Assembly (NCBI GenBank): GCA_963764165.1
Contig: CAVXRD010000001.1
Span: 1,472,001 to 1,536,000, forward strand
From: an uncultured Verrucomicrobiae bacterium
GTDB lineage: Bacteria > Verrucomicrobiota > Verrucomicrobiia > Limisphaerales > Palsa-1400
Direction: 5' to 3'
DNA length: 64,000 bases
Below, piece by piece: positions 1-10,390 of this stretch; position 1 is the first letter of the stretch, and each line of letters begins with the position of its first letter. Both the position numbers and the translations under genes were made by a program. A model generated the notes under the pieces. That model ran no database searches. It was not told the DNA's origin and was given only the letters and a program-made list of their open reading frames with translations.

Positions 1-2
1 CA

Positions 3-1058
3 ATTGAGCGCGGCGTCAAGCCCGTCTCACTGTATGGGGAAGACATGACGAGTGCCGAACACGTGGACTTGGAAGCAGTCGGCGTCGACGCGGCTCGTGG
101 AACCATAATCTGGCGGACGCCGCTTTTTGCAGTTGACCAACCGGCGCCGGTTCATTCCTACAACAGTTGGGCCACGCCCACTCCTGTCGTTGAGCCAGGC
201 CGGCTTTACTGCGACTTTGGCGCCTTTGGCACCGCTTGCCTTGACACCGAAACAGGAAAGGTTCTTTGGACGGCGAAACTTCCGGTGGACCACCAATTTG
301 GCCCCGGCAGTTCTCCCGTTCTGTGGAGCAACCTGCTCGTGCTTGTCCGCGATGGGCGCGATGCCCAATATGTCTCCGCCCTCGACACGCGAACGGGCCA
401 GCTAGTTTGGAAAGTGGATCGCCCGCCGATGAATGCCGAAGGCGGGCATCTTAAGAAATCCTTTATTACACCTCTGATTATCAGCGGTGCAGGGCAAACG
501 CAGTTGCTGGCGCCGTGCGCGCAATGGATGGTTTCCTACGACCCGGCGACTGGTCGGGAGTTGTGGCGCGCGCATCACGGCGAAGGCTATTCCATGGGTT
601 CGTCACCGGTCTTCGGCGACGGGTTGGCGATTTTTAGCACGGGTTTCGAGAAGGCTCAATTCGTCGCGGCGCGGGTGGACGGCCAGGGCGATGTGACAGC
701 GACCCATGTTGGCTGGAAGATGCTCCGGCAGGTCCCGAATATGTCGTCGCCCGTGCTCGTCGGAGACGAAATTTATTGGGTATCCGACTCAGGAATGGCT
801 TCGTGCGGCGATGTGCGAACCGGCCAGGTTTACTGGCAGGAACGGCTGGGTGGCCTGCACCTTGCGTCGCTGCTTTATGCCGAGGGCCGGGTGTACTATT
901 TCGCGCAGGATGGACGAGCAACTGTGGTGAAAGCGGGAAAGCAGTTTGAGAAGCTAGCCGAGAGCAGAGTCGCGGGGCCATTGGTGGCCACTCCGGCCTT
1001 CGTGGACGGAGCCATCTTGCTGCGGACGGACGGAGGACTTTACAGGATTGGAAAATAG
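3..1058 (+). CDS. PQQ-like beta-propeller repeat protein (BamB-like), probably 5'-truncated by the window edge
   Basis: Motifs ATPTPV, GSSPVL, TGRELWR, SSPVLVGD, ATPAF; the frame is open upstream of ATG 45 to the window start. Confidence 0.8.
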   Translation: MERGVKPVSLYGEDMTSAEHVDLEAVGVDAARGTIIWRTPLFAVDQPAPVHSYNSWATPTPVVEPGRLYCDFGAFGTACLDTETGKVLWTAKLPVDHQFGPGSSPVLWSNLLVLVRDGRDAQYVSALDTRTGQLVWKVDRPPMNAEGGHLKKSFITPLIISGAGQTQLLAPCAQWMVSYDPATGRELWRAHHGEGYSMGSSPVFGDGLAIFSTGFEKAQFVAARVDGQGDVTATHVGWKMLRQVPNMSSPVLVGDEIYWVSDSGMASCGDVRTGQVYWQERLGGLHLASLLYAEGRVYYFAQDGRATVVKAGKQFEKLAESRVAGPLVATPAFVDGAILLRTDGGLYRIGK

Positions 1059-1087
1059 CAAAATTCAGCGCAATCCATTCTCAGGAC

Positions 1088-4000
1088 TCAAGCCTCGTCA
1101 GGCTTTTTGACGCCGAATTTTCCGTAGCGCAAGGCGAGCGTTGGCAAAATGAGCAGGTTAAGCGTCGTCGAGGTAATCAGTCCTCCCAGGATGACCAGAG
1201 CCATTGGCCCTTCAATTTCCTGGCCGGCCTCTCCGGTGCCCATTGCCAAAGGCAGCAAGCCCATTGCCGTCACCAGCGCGGTCATGAGGATGGGAACGAC
1301 CCGCTCGGAGGCTCCGCGAATTGCGGCGGCCATGCCCCAGGTCACGCCCTCAACGATGACCAAGTGCTCAAAGTGCGAAACCATCATGATGGAATTGCGC
1401 ATCGTGATGCCAAAGAGCGTCACGAAGCCGACAAGAGAACCAATCGTCATGGCGCTGTCCCCCGCCGAACCGAATTTCCCGCTGGCCCACATGGCGAGGA
1501 TGCCCCCTACCAACGCAAACGGAACATTTGCCAGCACCAGCAAAAGATTGCTCCAAGTCCGCGCCACGACAATCAGCAGAAGAAGTATCCCGGCAGCCGC
1601 CATGCAGGAGTGGATGAGCAATTCTTTGCGCGCTTGGGCGGCCGCCTCGGCGTCTCCGCCAAAGACCGCGTAAATTCCTTTGGGAAACTTGACGCGAGCC
1701 GATACTTCGCGTTCCGCGCTGCTCACGAATGAGCCAATGTTGGCTTCCTTGGAGGGCGTGCATGTCACCACCTGCCGCCGGCTTGCGCCATCATGCAGGA
1801 TGGAATAGCGGCCTGTAGTCAAATAAATGTCGGCCAGATCCCGCAACGGAATGACGGTGCCGGCTGGATTTTTCACCATCAGCGCGCCAATTTGCTCCGG
1901 CTCCTTTCGCCACGAAGGATCCAGGATCACGTTGACATCCGTGACTCTGCTGCCTTGGTGGATTTGAGCGGCGACGGTGCCCTGGTAGGCAGTCTGGACC
2001 GCGTCCAGAACTTCGGCGGGCCGAAAGCCCAGTTGCGTCAGCCGGTCCATCCGCAGCCGAATTGCCATGCGAGGCGCCCCGGGCGGGGATTTCACTTGCG
2101 CATCCTTTCCTCCGGGAATGCTCTGGAGAACGGCGGCGACTTCCTTGGCTTTGTCGTCGATCAGGTCGAGGTCGTCGCCGTAAATATTGACCACCACCGG
2201 GGCTGATTCGCCCGTTATCGTTTCACTGATGCGGTCGCCCAGAAAGGTCACGACCTCGCCTTGGATTCCGGGAAAGCCATCGATCATATCGTGCAGGCTG
2301 TCCATTAATTTCGCCTGCGCCAGGCCGGGAATGTTTTCCTTTAATTCAACATGAAATTCGCAACGATTGGGCTCCCAGGTATCTTCACCCTGCTCGGCGC
2401 GGCCCATTTGGACTTCGACGGTGGCGACCTCTGGCTTGGCCAGAACCAGCCGGGTGATTTCCGCGGTCAACCGCCGCATTTCAGGCAATGAAGTGCCGGG
2501 CACAGCCTGAACCTGCAAAACAAAATGGCCTTCGCGGAAGTCCGGCAGCATCTGGTCGCCAGGGCCTTTCAGCAAAAAAAGCGAGCCAACGCAGAGCAGG
2601 AGGCCGCCAGCCAATAAAATTTCCGGCCCGCGGGCGACGAACTCGAGAGTCTTCCCGTAGGCCAATTTGATCCAGCGTTGAAGGGCCGGCTCGGCATGGT
2701 TTTTCACTCCTTTCGAAAAAAACAAAAGGCAGAGCGCGGGAGTGAGAGTAAGCGCCACTCCCAATGAAGCCATGATCGCCAAAATATAGCTCAGGGCCAG
2801 GGGCGCAAAGAAGCTGCCCTGAAGGCCGGTCAGGGTCAGCACCGGCACGAACACCAACGCGACGATGAACGTCGCATAGACGACGGCGGTGCGGACTTCC
2901 AGGGAGGCGTCCAAGGTCACTTGAAACGATGAGCGCGGGTGGCCCAGCGCCTGATTCTCACGCAGGCGCCGGAAAATATTTTCGACGTCGATGATGGCAT
3001 CGTCGACGACCGCGCCAATGGCGATGGCAAGCCCGCCGACCGTGATCGTGTTCAGCGTAATTCCAAACTTATCCAGAACGATGATCGCGGTGAGCAATGA
3101 CAGCGGGATGGCTGTCAACGAGATGAATGCCGTCCGGAAGTGGCCGAGAAACAAAAAGAGAACGACCGCCACCAGGGCCGCGCCCAAGTAGAGGGAATGA
3201 TTGATATTGTGCAACGAATTCTCGATGAACGTCGCCGGCCGGTGCAGTCTCGGGTAAACTTTTATCTGTTCCCTGTCAAATAGAGGCTGCATGTCTTTTA
3301 AGGCAGCTTCCACCGCCAGCGTGGCCTCCATGGTGTTGGCCCCATATTGACTGCCCAGCGAGAGAAAAATGCCGGGCTGGCCTTGAATGAGCGTATCGCC
3401 GAATTTCGGCGCGCCTGCCTCGACGACGTTTGCGATTTCTCTCAGCCGCACGCTCTGTCCATGACTTTGCGCGACAACGACGTTTCCCAAGGTATCAGGC
3501 GTCAAGGCCGGATCCTCGGGCTGGATGAGGATTCTCTGGTTGGCATTCTCAACAAAGCCCGCTCCCACGACCTCTGTGGATTCGCGCGCCGCAGTGATGA
3601 CGTCATTAAGCGAAAGGCCAAACGCCATAAGCCGGTCTGGCTGAATTTGGACCTGCAACTGCCTGACGTCTCCGCCGAAAACGATGCAGCGAGCCACGCC
3701 CGGGATGGACAGCAACCGGGGTTTGACTTCCCAATCCGCCAGCGAGCGAAGGTCCATCGGCGAAAGATTGGTGGAAACCAGCCCGATTTTTAAGAGGTCC
3801 ATGGTGGACGAAGTAAGCGGCGACATCACCGGCCGCTTCACGCTGGCGGGCAATTCCCCCGCTGTTTCAACCAGGCGTTCATTGAGCATCTGGCGGGCAA
3901 TGAAGATGTCCGTTCCGTCCTTGAACACGGCGGTGATGGTGGATAATCCCGAGATGGATTCCGACCGCAGCGAGGCCATGTTTCCCAGGCCGTTGATTGA

Positions 4001-4213
4001 GTTTTCAATGGGCTTGGTCACGAGCACTTCGACCTGCTCCGGGGAAAGGCCCGGCGCTTCCGTTTCAACGCTTACCTCGGGAGGCACGAAATTGGGGAGG
4101 ACATCGAGTTTGGCATGAGAGGCTACATAGAGGCCGTAACCGGTCAGGATGCACGCCAAAGCCGTGACCACACCACGAAAGCGCAGTGAAAAGTGAACGA
4201 TCCAATTTAGCAT
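1088..4213 (-). CDS. CusA/CzcA-family RND efflux permease
   Basis: MLNWIVHFSLRFR start, TEAPGLSPEQVE, GAVVDDAIIDVEN, RVVPILMTALVT; ~1040 aa. Confidence 0.93.
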   Translation of the reverse strand: MLNWIVHFSLRFRGVVTALACILTGYGLYVASHAKLDVLPNFVPPEVSVETEAPGLSPEQVEVLVTKPIENSINGLGNMASLRSESISGLSTITAVFKDGTDIFIARQMLNERLVETAGELPASVKRPVMSPLTSSTMDLLKIGLVSTNLSPMDLRSLADWEVKPRLLSIPGVARCIVFGGDVRQLQVQIQPDRLMAFGLSLNDVITAARESTEVVGAGFVENANQRILIQPEDPALTPDTLGNVVVAQSHGQSVRLREIANVVEAGAPKFGDTLIQGQPGIFLSLGSQYGANTMEATLAVEAALKDMQPLFDREQIKVYPRLHRPATFIENSLHNINHSLYLGAALVAVVLFLFLGHFRTAFISLTAIPLSLLTAIIVLDKFGITLNTITVGGLAIAIGAVVDDAIIDVENIFRRLRENQALGHPRSSFQVTLDASLEVRTAVVYATFIVALVFVPVLTLTGLQGSFFAPLALSYILAIMASLGVALTLTPALCLLFFSKGVKNHAEPALQRWIKLAYGKTLEFVARGPEILLAGGLLLCVGSLFLLKGPGDQMLPDFREGHFVLQVQAVPGTSLPEMRRLTAEITRLVLAKPEVATVEVQMGRAEQGEDTWEPNRCEFHVELKENIPGLAQAKLMDSLHDMIDGFPGIQGEVVTFLGDRISETITGESAPVVVNIYGDDLDLIDDKAKEVAAVLQSIPGGKDAQVKSPPGAPRMAIRLRMDRLTQLGFRPAEVLDAVQTAYQGTVAAQIHQGSRVTDVNVILDPSWRKEPEQIGALMVKNPAGTVIPLRDLADIYLTTGRYSILHDGASRRQVVTCTPSKEANIGSFVSSAEREVSARVKFPKGIYAVFGGDAEAAAQARKELLIHSCMAAAGILLLLIVVARTWSNLLLVLANVPFALVGGILAMWASGKFGSAGDSAMTIGSLVGFVTLFGITMRNSIMMVSHFEHLVIVEGVTWGMAAAIRGASERVVPILMTALVTAMGLLPLAMGTGEAGQEIEGPMALVILGGLITSTTLNLLILPTLALRYGKFGVKKPDEA

Positions 4214-4283
4214 GGGACGGGCCTGTTTTTGGCTCGGCGCAGGAGGCAATGCCGTGATCGCATCATATCTTTTTCCAACGCAT

Positions 4284-5285
4284 TTAGTCGGGAGACATCG
4301 CGGCTTTGAGCTCCTGGGACAAGAGCATCTGCGCCCCGGTGACAACGATGTAATCCTCCGGCTTGACCGTTCCTGTCACGAACCAGCCGTTCTCCGTTGG
4401 CCGATCCAGCGGGATTGTTGTGCGTGTGAAAGCCTCGCCGCCCTTGTCTTTGTTCATGAGGTAAATCCAGCCCGAACCCTCGAAACGCACCACTGAATCG
4501 CGCGGGATGATCACGCCGGGGATTGCCTCCCCTGGTCTAGGCAGCCAAGCCGTTACCGCCGTTCCCGGGGACAACGCGGGGTCACTGGGTTGGACAAGAA
4601 AGATAAGCCCTTGTCCCTGGGTTTGCGGATCAACATCCGTCGCCGGAGCGACAAAGCTCGCTTTTAAAGTTTTGTCCGACAGGGTGACTAATCGGGCGCT
4701 GGCGGGAGGAGGATCAAGGACATCACCGGCCAATAAATCCACGCGAACCAGAGCGGCCTGCCGCGCAGCGAGCGACTTTGCAAATTCCGGCAAATCCGCC
4801 CGCTCGGCAATGGCTTTGCCCCAAACCAGTGTCAGTTTGTCGCGCAAGGCAGCGACTGCAAGTTGATCATGCTGGGCGGCGGCTTCGGCGGTTTGCAAGG
4901 CGCGCACGGATGTGTTGGTTTGCCCGTTGAGCATCTTTTGCCGTTCCCACTCCAGCTCGCTTGCGTGGGAGGCCGCTCTGGCCGAAACCAGCTCATTGAC
5001 CACTTCGGAAAGGGCCGCCGGATCCATGGTTCGGCCATAGCCTTTGGTTTCAGGGCTCCATTGCCCCGCCGTTGGGTTGGCAAACACAATGCCCGCGTCG
5101 CCCTGGTCCTCGTCGCTCATCGTGATCACGGTATTCCCATGTTCGTCGTGGGTGACTTTGGTCCCTTCTTCATCGGGCGGCTTCGCCGCGGCGGGCTCGG
5201 GTGCGACAGTGTGGATTGAATGCCACCACATCCCGCAGCCAAAGGCTGCCGCGAGGGCGGAAATGAAAAGTATGGTTCGCTTCAC
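4284..5285 (-). CDS. RND periplasmic adaptor (membrane fusion protein)
   Basis: N-terminal anchor, coiled hairpin, VIIPRDSVV...IVVTGAQMLLSQE; lies between the TolC and RND genes. Confidence 0.88.
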   Translation of the reverse strand: MKRTILFISALAAAFGCGMWWHSIHTVAPEPAAAKPPDEEGTKVTHDEHGNTVITMSDEDQGDAGIVFANPTAGQWSPETKGYGRTMDPAALSEVVNELVSARAASHASELEWERQKMLNGQTNTSVRALQTAEAAAQHDQLAVAALRDKLTLVWGKAIAERADLPEFAKSLAARQAALVRVDLLAGDVLDPPPASARLVTLSDKTLKASFVAPATDVDPQTQGQGLIFLVQPSDPALSPGTAVTAWLPRPGEAIPGVIIPRDSVVRFEGSGWIYLMNKDKGGEAFTRTTIPLDRPTENGWFVTGTVKPEDYIVVTGAQMLLSQELKAAMSPD

Positions 5286-6709
5286 GGCATTTTCCTTTGC
5301 ATGGATTCCGGACTGGTTGCGGCGACCGCCGATGTTATTAAGCCGATGGGGCGCTGCAGGGCGTCCTCAATGGCGGCCAGCGCCTGTTGCTGTTTGATGC
5401 GCGCCTCCAGCAAACCGATCTCCGCCAGCGCGTACTCCAGTTTAGCGGTTAACAGCTCCAATGGGCTCGCCGCTCCCGCTTGAACCTGGCCGGCCACCGC
5501 GTCACGAGCCCGTGCTTGAGTTTCAGCCAGCTCTTTGATCATGGTCAGATTGGTTTCTGTCGCATGGTAGCTTGAGACCGCACTGTCAATTCCGGCTAGC
5601 ACCTTGGCTTGAAGCGCCTTGAAACGCGCGGCCGCCTGCGCGCGCTTTGCTTTGGCTTCAGCGATTGGCCCCTGGTTCCGATTCAAGATGGGCAATTCCA
5701 TTGACAAGGCGAGCGACCAGACATTGTCGCCTTGATTCCAGTTGTAATTCGGCCCGAAGTGGAGGTCTGGATATTGCCGGGCAATTTCGAGGCGCAAGGC
5801 GGACTCGGCAGCCGCGTAATCCGCCAACGCCGACAAAATGTCCGCGCGGCCGAGCAACGCATTCCGCCGCGCCTCCTTCGCCGTCAATTCCGCCAGATTT
5901 GTTTCGCCGAAGACTGGCGAGATCCGGATGTTTTCCAACGCCTCCAGCGGCAGCCCGAGCGATTCCGCAAGCTGAGCCCGGGCTTCAGTTTTTTGACGTT
6001 GCGCGTCCGCCAAGTCCAGCCGGGCTCTTTGCAGCGCAATGCGAAAAGTCACGATTTCTGAGGGAGTCGCCGCGCCAGCCTGCACCTGTTTTTCCATCAG
6101 TTGGACAACTTGTTCCTGGGCCTCAATCTGCTTTTGCAAGAGAAGCTGGCGTTGCTGGGCTGCGTCGATATTCAACAGGCTGCCGCGCACTTTGCCGCGG
6201 ATATCCCACGCTGTTGCGATAATGTCCAAGCGGGCCGCTTCAGAAACGTTTTGCGCCTGCGCGATTCGCTTCGACCGCTTTCCTGCCGTCTCGATGGGCA
6301 CGTCCAGCGATACCGTAGGCAGCCATGGGCTCAGGCCGGGTTGAGCGTTAACGTGGCTGAAATTATACGCCGGAGAGACACTCAGGGTTGGGTTGATCCG
6401 CCCGCCCGCGGTCGCGATGCCAGCCTGCGCGACACCCCACGCGGCGCGCGCCACGTCCAAATCAGGATGATAATAAAACGCGACCAGTGTGAGCTTCTCA
6501 AAATCCCATTCCGGCAATGGCCATGCCGCCATATTGGTCTGGAGGCATTTTTCGAGGAAAGCTTTCGTCGCGGCGCTGTCAAGAGAACGCGATTCGAGTT
6601 CCTCGGCCGTCTGCCGGGGCAAAACGGGATTGGCCTCGTAATGGGCGCAGCCGGAGACGAGCGCGGCCAGAATAAGGACGGAAACGATCCTGTGGAGAAT
6701 CTGCTGCAA
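5282..6709 (-). CDS. TolC-family outer-membrane efflux lipoprotein
   Basis: Lipobox LVSGC, YPDLHFGP, LPILNRNQGPIAEA; 4-bp overlap with the adaptor gene. Confidence 0.9.
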   Translation of the reverse strand: MQQILHRIVSVLILAALVSGCAHYEANPVLPRQTAEELESRSLDSAATKAFLEKCLQTNMAAWPLPEWDFEKLTLVAFYYHPDLDVARAAWGVAQAGIATAGGRINPTLSVSPAYNFSHVNAQPGLSPWLPTVSLDVPIETAGKRSKRIAQAQNVSEAARLDIIATAWDIRGKVRGSLLNIDAAQQRQLLLQKQIEAQEQVVQLMEKQVQAGAATPSEIVTFRIALQRARLDLADAQRQKTEARAQLAESLGLPLEALENIRISPVFGETNLAELTAKEARRNALLGRADILSALADYAAAESALRLEIARQYPDLHFGPNYNWNQGDNVWSLALSMELPILNRNQGPIAEAKAKRAQAAARFKALQAKVLAGIDSAVSSYHATETNLTMIKELAETQARARDAVAGQVQAGAASPLELLTAKLEYALAEIGLLEARIKQQQALAAIEDALQRPIGLITSAVAATSPESMQRKMP

Positions 6710-6724
6710 AAAGCAGGCCTTTGG

Positions 6725-7729
6725 CTATTCCATTCCGTATGCCAATACCTTGAAGTTATTAGGCGGCCCGTTGCGCTGGCCAACGGCGAGGTAAATCCGG
6801 TGCGTCTTGGGATCGACGGTCATCGTCCGGGCGCCAATTTCAGTCTTCAGCGTCTGAATTACCGTTAGCTTGCCAGGTGAGTCTTCATGGGCGATTGTCA
6901 CGGTTCCAGCTTTCCCACATGATGCAAAGGCCAATAGTGTGCCCGGATCAAAGGCATTGGCGTCCACTCCTGCTCCAATCGGCACAGTTGTGATGACCTT
7001 TCCGGTTGTGCTGTCCATCATGGCCATCACATTGTTGTCCCCGCACCCAATGAAGAGGCGGTGGTTTTTAAGGTCAATGGCCTGCCCGGAAGGTCCTTCG
7101 CCTCCCGTAATGGGCCAGGTGTTCACCACCGCATGGTTTTTGGTGTCAATAACGACAACGGCATTCTTGTCTTCCAGATTATCAAACACACGCCCGGCAT
7201 CCGGATCTGCAGTTCCAAATTCTGGTTTGCCGCCCAAGGGAATAGTCGCCACGACCTTGGCGTTTTTGACGTCGATCACGGTCGCCGAACCGCTCCTTCC
7301 GTTGAATAAATAAACCTCATGCTGGCCGGGTTCGTAGAGCATTCCATCTGGATTCTGCCCGGTTTCCAGCTTGGTGATCGTCTCCAATGTCTTCAAATCC
7401 ACAATGCTCGCCTTATTTTCCCCGCCGTTGCTGGCGACCCCGCGGCCAAGATCGGGCGCCGGAGCAAACCCATGGACTCGGGGAGTGTTGGAGATTTTGC
7501 CCACGATTGTGTTGGCATCAATGTCAATGACCACCACTTCAGTTCCATGGCTGACAAACAGCCGGCGGTCGGGGGCATCCACCGACAAATAGTCCCAACT
7601 GGATGGATCGCCCACCTGAATTTCTTTGAGAAGTTTGTATTGGGTTTCGGCGGCGCGCATCGGATTGGATGTCGCCAGCACGGACACCACAGCAACAGGA
7701 ATCAGGGCTCGTATGAAGTTCATGGGCAT
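6725..7729 (-). CDS. YncE/YVTN-type beta-propeller protein, secreted
   Basis: Signal peptide, WDYLSVD..RRLFVSH, GARTMTVDP; first gene of the efflux operon. Confidence 0.85.
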   Translation of the reverse strand: MPMNFIRALIPVAVVSVLATSNPMRAAETQYKLLKEIQVGDPSSWDYLSVDAPDRRLFVSHGTEVVVIDIDANTIVGKISNTPRVHGFAPAPDLGRGVASNGGENKASIVDLKTLETITKLETGQNPDGMLYEPGQHEVYLFNGRSGSATVIDVKNAKVVATIPLGGKPEFGTADPDAGRVFDNLEDKNAVVVIDTKNHAVVNTWPITGGEGPSGQAIDLKNHRLFIGCGDNNVMAMMDSTTGKVITTVPIGAGVDANAFDPGTLLAFASCGKAGTVTIAHEDSPGKLTVIQTLKTEIGARTMTVDPKTHRIYLAVGQRNGPPNNFKVLAYGME

Positions 7730-7879
7730 ATTTGATTTAATTCGCTGCAACATGTAACACGCAAACGAAACTATCACGCCGGGAAACGGGATGGAAGCGC
7801 CCATTTTTGGGATCAGACGACGGTCGGAATGTTTGCTGCCGGAATCTGGGGGCGCTCATTGGCGAGGCTGTTCGAGGCG

Positions 7880-8137
7880 TTAAACCCGCGCGGCCTTGCT
7901 GGCTTGGACGGCCGGGGGCGCAATGAGGACAGCTTTCTTCGTTTTCAAATATTTCTCGATGGTTGTGATCAGATTGCAGGATATGGGGACGCGAACGGCG
8001 TTGAGCTTGCCCAGTTTGTAATGAACCAGTAATTTGCCAACCATTCCCACTCGAAGCTCGCCCTCGGCCATGCGCCAGATTTGGTCGGCTTGCAAGAGTT
8101 GTGGGCGAATTACCCGAGGGGAATTGACTTTCTTCAT
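7880..8137 (-). CDS. Small basic hypothetical protein
   Basis: MKKVNSPRVIRPQLLQADQIWRM...GKLLVHYK; plausible compact protein, start uncertain. Confidence 0.55.
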   Translation of the reverse strand: MKKVNSPRVIRPQLLQADQIWRMAEGELRVGMVGKLLVHYKLGKLNAVRVPISCNLITTIEKYLKTKKAVLIAPPAVQASKAARV

Positions 8138-8206
8138 GGTTAACATTACGGCTTGATTTTCAATAAACCCAGCTAATTCGCCGTTTAACGAGCAAAAAGA
8201 GGATTC

Positions 8207-8326
8207 AAACAGGAGTAAGACCGAGAAAACTGAGATGGAAAAACCATCGTTCGGCAAAAAAGGCATTTTACTCAGTGTCGGGCAAAAAGGGCATCTTTCT
8301 CTGTGCTCTCGGTTTTCCTCCTGTTT
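8207..8326. repeat. Long imperfect palindromic intergenic repeat, copy A
   Basis: Arms AAACAGGAGTAAGACCGAGA / TCTCGGTTTTCCTCCTGTTT; inverted homolog at 31106-31257. Confidence 0.7.
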
Positions 8327-8397
8327 AATTTTTCAGTCTTCCCGAAACAACGCAAATTGATTTGATAGCACCCAAACCGTTGCCTAAGCTCCCCGCC

Positions 8398-10329
8398 ATG
8401 TTTGCGATTCTTCGTCCGACTCGAACCTGCGCCTCGCTTCTGGCCGCGATCCTGTTGCTTTCTCCGCTTGCCCGCGCCAAGGACGCGCCCGCCAAATTTG
8501 CCGGCATGGAGGAATTCATCCGCCACTATTCGGCCGATCACGCCAACACCTCGCGATTTTACGACCTGGAATGGTCCGAAGAGCGTTTCACCCGCCTCGA
8601 CAAGCTCTTCAAGGAATGGCAGGAGCGCCTGAAGCAAGTCGATTTCGACGCCCTCGATCAGCAAGGCCGCGTGGATTACCTGCTCATGCGCAACAAGCTC
8701 AACGAGGAGGAGGCAGACCTCAAGCTCAACCGCGTATGGCTCGCGCAAATGACGGAACTTCTGCCCTTCCGCCGCCCGCTGCTCGATTTGGAAATCTCCC
8801 GGCGCCGGATGGAGACTGTCAATTCTGCCGCCAGCGCGGAAGTCATCGGAGGGATCCCGGACCAGATCAAAAAGCTTCGCGCCCGCATCAAGAAAGACAA
8901 GCCGGACGAGCCCGAGAAGTCCAAGAAAGAGGATAAGTCCGATAAGTCGGATGGGTCCAATAAAACGGGCGACAGTGAAAAACCAAAAGCAGACTCCGAC
9001 GAAAAAGACGCCGCCAAATCCGACAAGGACAAAGGTAAAGACAAGGACACCAACGGCCCGCCCATTAAAATCTCGGCAGTTCTCGCGCGCCGCACGGCTG
9101 ACGCGGTGGAAAACTTGCGCGGAACCATGCGCGCGTGGTTCTCATTTTATGACGGCTTCCAGCCAGAATTCTCCTGGTGGCTGAAGAAGCCCAACGACGA
9201 GGCTTCCAAGGCCCTTGATGAATACGCCAAGTTCCTGCGGGAAGACATCGCCGGCTTGAAGGGCAAGGACGAAGACCCGCTGGTCGGCGATCCCATCGGC
9301 GCCGCCGCGCTGGCGGACGAACTTGTGGCCGAGAGCATTCCTTACACGCCGGAGGAACTCATCGCCATTGCGGAAAAGGAATATGCCTGGTGCGAGTCCG
9401 AGTTGAAAAAGAACGCGCGCGAAATGGGCTTCGGCGACGACTGGAAAGCGGCACTCGCCAAGGTGAAGAAGGATTACGTCCCGCCCGGCGAGCAGAACAA
9501 CCTCGTCGCTGAAATCGGACGCGACGCCGTGAAATACGTCACCGAGCACGATCTGGTCACCGTCCCGCCGCTTTGCGACGAAACATGGCGGCTGACCATG
9601 AGCTCGCCCGAAGTGCAAAAGAATCTGCCCTTCGCCGCCTACGGTGGCCAGAACATGATGGTCGCCTATGCCAACGAGGAAATGAAGAACGACGACAAAC
9701 TCATGTCCATGCGCAGCAACAACCGGCATTTCACCCGGATAGTCGTGCCGCATGAATTGATTCCCGGCCACCACTTGCAGGGCTTTGTGGCCGAGCGAAA
9801 TCGCACCTACCGCTCGATCTTTCGCACGCCGTTCCTCGTCGAGGGCTGGGCGCTCTACTGGGAATTGAAGCTATACGATCTCGGTTACGGCGCAACGCCT
9901 GAGGATCGCATGGGAATGCTCTTCTGGCGCACCCACCGCTGCGCCCGCATCATCGTCAGCCTGAAATTCCACCTTGGCCAGATGACGCCGCAGCAAATGA
10001 TCGATTTCCTCGTCGACCGCGTCGGCCACGAACGCTTCGGCGCCACCAGCGAAGTTCGCCGGTTCATCGGCGGCTCGTATTCCCCATTGTATCAATGCGG
10101 CTACATGATTGGCGGCATGGAACTCCGATCCCTCCACCATGAACTCGTTGATTCCGGCAAAATGAAAGAGCGCGAATTCAACGACACCGTGCTCACCTAC
10201 AACGCCATCCCCATCCAAATGATCCGCGACGGCATGGAGAACATCCCGTTAACGCGGGACATGCCCGCCAGTTGGGAATTCGCCGGCCACCATCCCACCT
10301 TTACCCCTGAGCCTGCCTCCAAAAAATAA
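8398..10329 (+). CDS. DUF885-family secreted putative metallopeptidase
   Basis: Signal peptide, HELIPGHHLQ and VEGWALYWE motifs; K/D-rich insertion. Confidence 0.88.
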   Translation: MFAILRPTRTCASLLAAILLLSPLARAKDAPAKFAGMEEFIRHYSADHANTSRFYDLEWSEERFTRLDKLFKEWQERLKQVDFDALDQQGRVDYLLMRNKLNEEEADLKLNRVWLAQMTELLPFRRPLLDLEISRRRMETVNSAASAEVIGGIPDQIKKLRARIKKDKPDEPEKSKKEDKSDKSDGSNKTGDSEKPKADSDEKDAAKSDKDKGKDKDTNGPPIKISAVLARRTADAVENLRGTMRAWFSFYDGFQPEFSWWLKKPNDEASKALDEYAKFLREDIAGLKGKDEDPLVGDPIGAAALADELVAESIPYTPEELIAIAEKEYAWCESELKKNAREMGFGDDWKAALAKVKKDYVPPGEQNNLVAEIGRDAVKYVTEHDLVTVPPLCDETWRLTMSSPEVQKNLPFAAYGGQNMMVAYANEEMKNDDKLMSMRSNNRHFTRIVVPHELIPGHHLQGFVAERNRTYRSIFRTPFLVEGWALYWELKLYDLGYGATPEDRMGMLFWRTHRCARIIVSLKFHLGQMTPQQMIDFLVDRVGHERFGATSEVRRFIGGSYSPLYQCGYMIGGMELRSLHHELVDSGKMKEREFNDTVLTYNAIPIQMIRDGMENIPLTRDMPASWEFAGHHPTFTPEPASKK

Positions 10330-10390
10330 CCGGAAAAAAATCTGTGTTGATCTGTGGCTCATCAACGCAGGTGCATCCTGCAAGCCTTGG

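Noticed and set aside
8890..9050. K/D/E-rich repeat-like tract in DUF885
   Set aside because: Low-complexity linker without a true tandem period
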